From Candidatus Brocadiia bacterium (lineage in GTDB: Bacteria; Planctomycetota; Brocadiia; SM23-32): 62,126 nucleotides of DNA. This document shows, in pieces, positions 58,710-62,126 of this stretch (the stretch's first letter is position 1; each line of letters opens with the position of its first letter). The notes under the pieces were generated by a model. It ran no database searches, had not been told where the DNA came from, and saw only the letters and a list, made by a program, of their open reading frames with translations. A program made the translations under genes and the position numbers. The stretch covers positions 1 through 62,126 of the forward strand of contig JBKHIT010000025.1 of NCBI GenBank assembly GCA_046538485.1. Direction: 5' to 3'.

Positions 58710-60281
58710 CTATTTCTGCGCCTGTTGTTCGAAACGGCGGAACTTTTCGATCAGGTCGTCGTAAACGCCGGCGGCCTCGGGGTCGGGTTCAATTTTGGAA
58801 CCCGCGACCGGCTCGGTGAAACCGGCAACTACCGTGTCCCAGTGGGGATCAGCATCTTGCCCATCCAGTTGTGCCTGAGCTGCTCGTAACGCCGCACCAA
58901 GAGCAGCACTGTTGGAGACTTCGAACCGGTATACCGGGCAATTCTGCACGTCGGCCATGATCTGCAGGATGGCTTCGTTGGCGGAAGCTCCGCCGGTAGC
59001 ACGAATTTCTTTCGGACGCCGTCCCATCCACGCCGAATGGATCCGCATCGACATCATCTGGGCCTCGACCACAGCGCGGCAGTTACCCTCGGCATCATCT
59101 TCGTCCAGATCGAGTCGTCGGACGCCCGGGTCGAGCACTTTAGGTACAATCTCTGGCTCAAAATAAGGCAGCATCATTTTGCCGTCGTTTCCCGGCGGCG
59201 TGTTTTTCAGTGCCTCGGAAAAACCTTCCCAATCCAGGTCATAGGTATCCCGGATATTCTCCCGCGCGAGCGACCCATTCTTAAAACAAATCAGCGTCAT
59301 ATAATCGCCCGTGGGGGCTCCAAACACATGGCCTTCACCCCGCGGATCTGTGTGACATTCTTCCATGAAGCCGAAATACGTATCGCTTGTGCCGAGACTT
59401 ATAGCTACCATGCCCGGTTTGACCAGCCCCACACCGATCAGACTGTTGGGGTTATCTCCTGACCACACCAGGGCTTGTGCGTCCGAATTCAGCCCATATT
59501 TTTCGGCAAAATAGGGTGAGACCGTTCCAATGATAGTAGAACTGGGAGCAAGTTCCGGCAATTTGTCGGCGAGGTCGGGAGCTGTGGCCCGAACAGCGTC
59601 CTGATGCCAGGTTTTGTTCTCGATATCCATCAAGTTCATCCCCGCGCCATCGCCATGGTCGATGGGAGCGATCTGGCCGGCGAGAATCGATGCCATAAAC
59701 GAGCTAACCAGTGCGATGTGTGCGGTATTCTCGTAGCCTTCAGAATCGTTTTTGTAAAACTTGCGGATCTGCGGACCGGTGAAACGCTCAAACGCGGCCG
59801 AACCCGTGGCTTCGGCCGTTTCCTGCATGCCCCCGAGGGATGCCATAATTTCTTCGCACTCCTCTTCGGTGGAAGAATCCATCCAGATCGGACTTGTCTC
59901 GCGTGAAAAAATGCCTTCAAGTTGATTCGCAAGGTCTTCATCGGGGTCCAGACCACCGATAACCTGCGAAGCGGTGGAATTCATGTAAACGGATCCGTGC
60001 TGCTGACCCGACCCGGAGACAGCGAGAATCTCCCCGAGGTCGACGCCGCTTTCTTGAAGCCGTGAAAATGCCAGATCGAGCGCTTCCACCCACATGAGAG
60101 GCGGACTGTGAACGACTTTCGGATCGTCGGCCCGAAGCACACCGTTTTCCGTCCCGTAGTGAGGAAGCTCCTCATCAAACGCTATCGAATCATCGTAGAC
60201 GACCTCTTTTGAGTCCAGATCAATAACCATCGCGGACAGACTTTGTGTGCTGCTATCGAGTCCGAGAAACAGGCGCGCCAT
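58710..60281 (-). CDS. xylB: FGGY carbohydrate kinase, xylulokinase of the eukaryote-like XYLB type
   Basis: LFLGLDSSTQS, PLMWVEALD, SGSGQQHGSVY, SPIWMDSST, ERFTGPQIRK, GDNPNSL, ISLGTSDT, NGSLARE, ATGGASAN. GGGAGG RBS. Confidence 0.85.
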   Translation of the reverse strand: MARLFLGLDSSTQSLSAMVIDLDSKEVVYDDSIAFDEELPHYGTENGVLRADDPKVVHSPPLMWVEALDLAFSRLQESGVDLGEILAVSGSGQQHGSVYMNSTASQVIGGLDPDEDLANQLEGIFSRETSPIWMDSSTEEECEEIMASLGGMQETAEATGSAAFERFTGPQIRKFYKNDSEGYENTAHIALVSSFMASILAGQIAPIDHGDGAGMNLMDIENKTWHQDAVRATAPDLADKLPELAPSSTIIGTVSPYFAEKYGLNSDAQALVWSGDNPNSLIGVGLVKPGMVAISLGTSDTYFGFMEECHTDPRGEGHVFGAPTGDYMTLICFKNGSLARENIRDTYDLDWEGFSEALKNTPPGNDGKMMLPYFEPEIVPKVLDPGVRRLDLDEDDAEGNCRAVVEAQMMSMRIHSAWMGRRPKEIRATGGASANEAILQIMADVQNCPVYRFEVSNSAALGAALRAAQAQLDGQDADPHWDTVVAGFTEPVAGSKIEPDPEAAGVYDDLIEKFRRFEQQAQK

Positions 60282-60579
60282 TTGCCACCTCCCGACCGTG
60301 AGAGTCAATAACTTTCTAAGGGTTTGGTTGAGTTGGAATGCTACTCACATTCGAGATTTCCGTCAAGCCGAACGGGTGCTTGTAACGGACCATCTGATAT
60401 TTCTCTGTGGAATACAACACGAAACGAAAGAACCGGCAGAAACACTCGGTTACGAAACGGTTCTTTAATCTGCTAACCTTTTCAGGTCCCTTTCGTCTGC
60501 GGAGTCTCTTCTATCCCGCCGTTTGGCCTTTTGGTAGTCAGCGTAGATGCATTTTCGGGGTGTTTCATGCCCCGAGGGA

Positions 60580-61539
60580 CTAACAGCCAGGCTGATCGGG
60601 CGAATTGGAGTTTTTTTCTTCCGACCAGGCTGCCACGGCATTTTTGCCCCGATTTTTCGCACAATACATGGCTCGGTCGGCGCGCTTAAGGAGTTCATCA
60701 GGCGTTATGGCCGTTTCGTGTTGAGCTACTCCAATGCTCACCGTTTTGCTCACCGGTTTTTGGGCCCCCGCGGGGTGGAATTCCAGTCTGGCGAATTTTT
60801 TACGGAGACGTTCAGCGAGACGGCGGGCCCCCAAGAATTCTGATTCCGGAAGCACCAATACAAATTCTTCCCCTCCCCAGCGGAATGCCATGTCGGTGGC
60901 TCGTGTTTCGTTTCGAAGCATCTGGCCGAGACGCCCGAGGACGATGTCACCCTCTTCGTGTCCGTATCTGTCATTATAATCCTTGAAATCGTCGACATCG
61001 ATAAAGAGCAGGCTGAGCTTGCGTTTGTAGCGTTCGGCCCAGCTGACGAACGCCCGAATCTGTTTGTTGAAAGCTGATCGATTACTCAGCCCGGTCAATT
61101 TGTCAGTTGTGGCTTGTTTTTCCAGCTGGCGACGCCCTTTTTCGTGTTCGGTCATATCCACAAAAAGACAGATTCCACCGATGACGTTGTCGCGTTCGTC
61201 AGTGACAGGTGAAACAGTCATTCTTGCTGCAATGTCATCACCTGCTTTCCGCTGAAGAAAAACAAGTGGTAAATCACGTTCGACGACCCGCTGTTCTTGA
61301 AAGGCCGTTTTCATGGGGCATCCGTTCAAACACGTGGAGCGCCCGTCGGCGTCTTGAGCATTGAGAATGTTCGAACAATGTTTACCGATGACGTCTTTGC
61401 GGGACCAGCCTGTTAACTTTTCAGCGTACCGGTTCCAATCTGTGATCTTACCCCGGGAATCGACCAGGTAGATGCCAGCCCCCGCAATTTGAAGTCCTCC
61501 TGTGGCGACGTCCTCGACATTTTCGAAGGTAGGTTCCAT
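60580..61539 (-). CDS. PAS-domain diguanylate cyclase
   Basis: PAS (WNRYAEKLTGWS..VIGKHC) plus DKLTGLSNR, IDVDDFK.YND.YGH..GD, RWGGEEF, VSIGVA, AD.AMY.AK..GKN. Confidence 0.92.
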   Translation of the reverse strand: MEPTFENVEDVATGGLQIAGAGIYLVDSRGKITDWNRYAEKLTGWSRKDVIGKHCSNILNAQDADGRSTCLNGCPMKTAFQEQRVVERDLPLVFLQRKAGDDIAARMTVSPVTDERDNVIGGICLFVDMTEHEKGRRQLEKQATTDKLTGLSNRSAFNKQIRAFVSWAERYKRKLSLLFIDVDDFKDYNDRYGHEEGDIVLGRLGQMLRNETRATDMAFRWGGEEFVLVLPESEFLGARRLAERLRKKFARLEFHPAGAQKPVSKTVSIGVAQHETAITPDELLKRADRAMYCAKNRGKNAVAAWSEEKNSNSPDQPGC

Positions 61540-62126
61540 AGTACAGAAATACCTTTTTAGCTTGCGGTGAGGAGCAAAAAATCGTCTTGAATTAGAAAAC
61601 CGGAAATGCTGCACGTCTGAACCGATTTATGGGTACTGCCTCTCGCAGGACGATATTTGTCAATTCGTCCGAGCTGAGCAAGTTTAATATAGTATCATGT
61701 AAAGGAAACCCTTCCGCAAGTCCAGCTCTTGGTGGCGGACCTGTGTGATTATTGCCAAAAAAAAGCGCAAAATGTAATTGCTCCGATAAAAATTACAGCG
61801 GAGCTATAAGCACCTTTTTCCGGTAGAGTTGGTGTAAGAGCCGTGCATAAAAAGCTTGCACTTTTGAGCGACTGCCAGTCCGCCGATTGATTTGACACTT
61901 TGCAGGTGGTTTGTAAGATAGGGCTAGAAGAAGGCCAGCGAGGGGGACTCATGGCACGGGGAAGATTGACGGTATTCACGAAATTATCAGGTGTTTGAAG
62001 AGGAATTTCGTGAAAGATTACCTCGAACAGAGGCCAATTGCATTTTTATTGTTTACTGGGGGACGGTTGCATGGATTTTAAAAGAAATACTGGAAATAGA
62101 AAGATAGATGAGGTGAGTTGGGCAGG

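Noticed and set aside
61615..62126. AT-rich end region with a 76-aa ORF and a possible gene start at the window edge
   Set aside because: No recognisable product. Probably a divergent promoter region, but no site can be called confidently.

Overview
This is a bacterial window, most consistent with a PVC-group (Planctomycetota-like) organism. The evidence is repeated prepilin/H-X9-DG genes, a Ser/Thr kinase-WD40 gene and an ffh-rpsP-trmD-rplS cluster without rimM. Acidic housekeeping proteins hint at a saline habitat (inference). The left ~13 kb holds a large hybrid sensor kinase, an IS-like remnant, a PHP/CBM9-like lipoprotein, a MITE, a B12 radical SAM gene, a lipoprotein and a DUF4258/YgiT-zinc-finger toxin-antitoxin-like pair. 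The centre (13.1-43.6 kb) is the most striking part: a ~30 kb co-oriented locus. It encodes a GntR/LacI-type regulator, two signal-less glycoside-hydrolase-like barrels and three copies each of three families. These are P (prepilin-type H-X9-DG proteins), A (secreted FlgD-Ig + beta-propeller + CBM9-like proteins) and B (secreted clan GH-A-like WNEPWEG barrels + CBM9-like domain), in the order P-A-B-A-P-B-A-GH-B-P. No transporter gene is present, and the regulator and first pilin promoters share a candidate operator. I interpret it as a 'pilin-associated' glycan-utilisation system of unknown substrate. One B copy has a TGG>TAG stop 33 codons before its homologous end. The right part holds ribosomal/SRP genes, an SGNH hydrolase, a kinase, a rubrerythrin-like protein, two decayed genes, a GspG-like membrane protein, repeat patchworks, a xylulokinase and a PAS-GGDEF protein. 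I found no CRISPR array, rRNA or tRNA. All family assignments come from motif recognition by eye, not from database searches.
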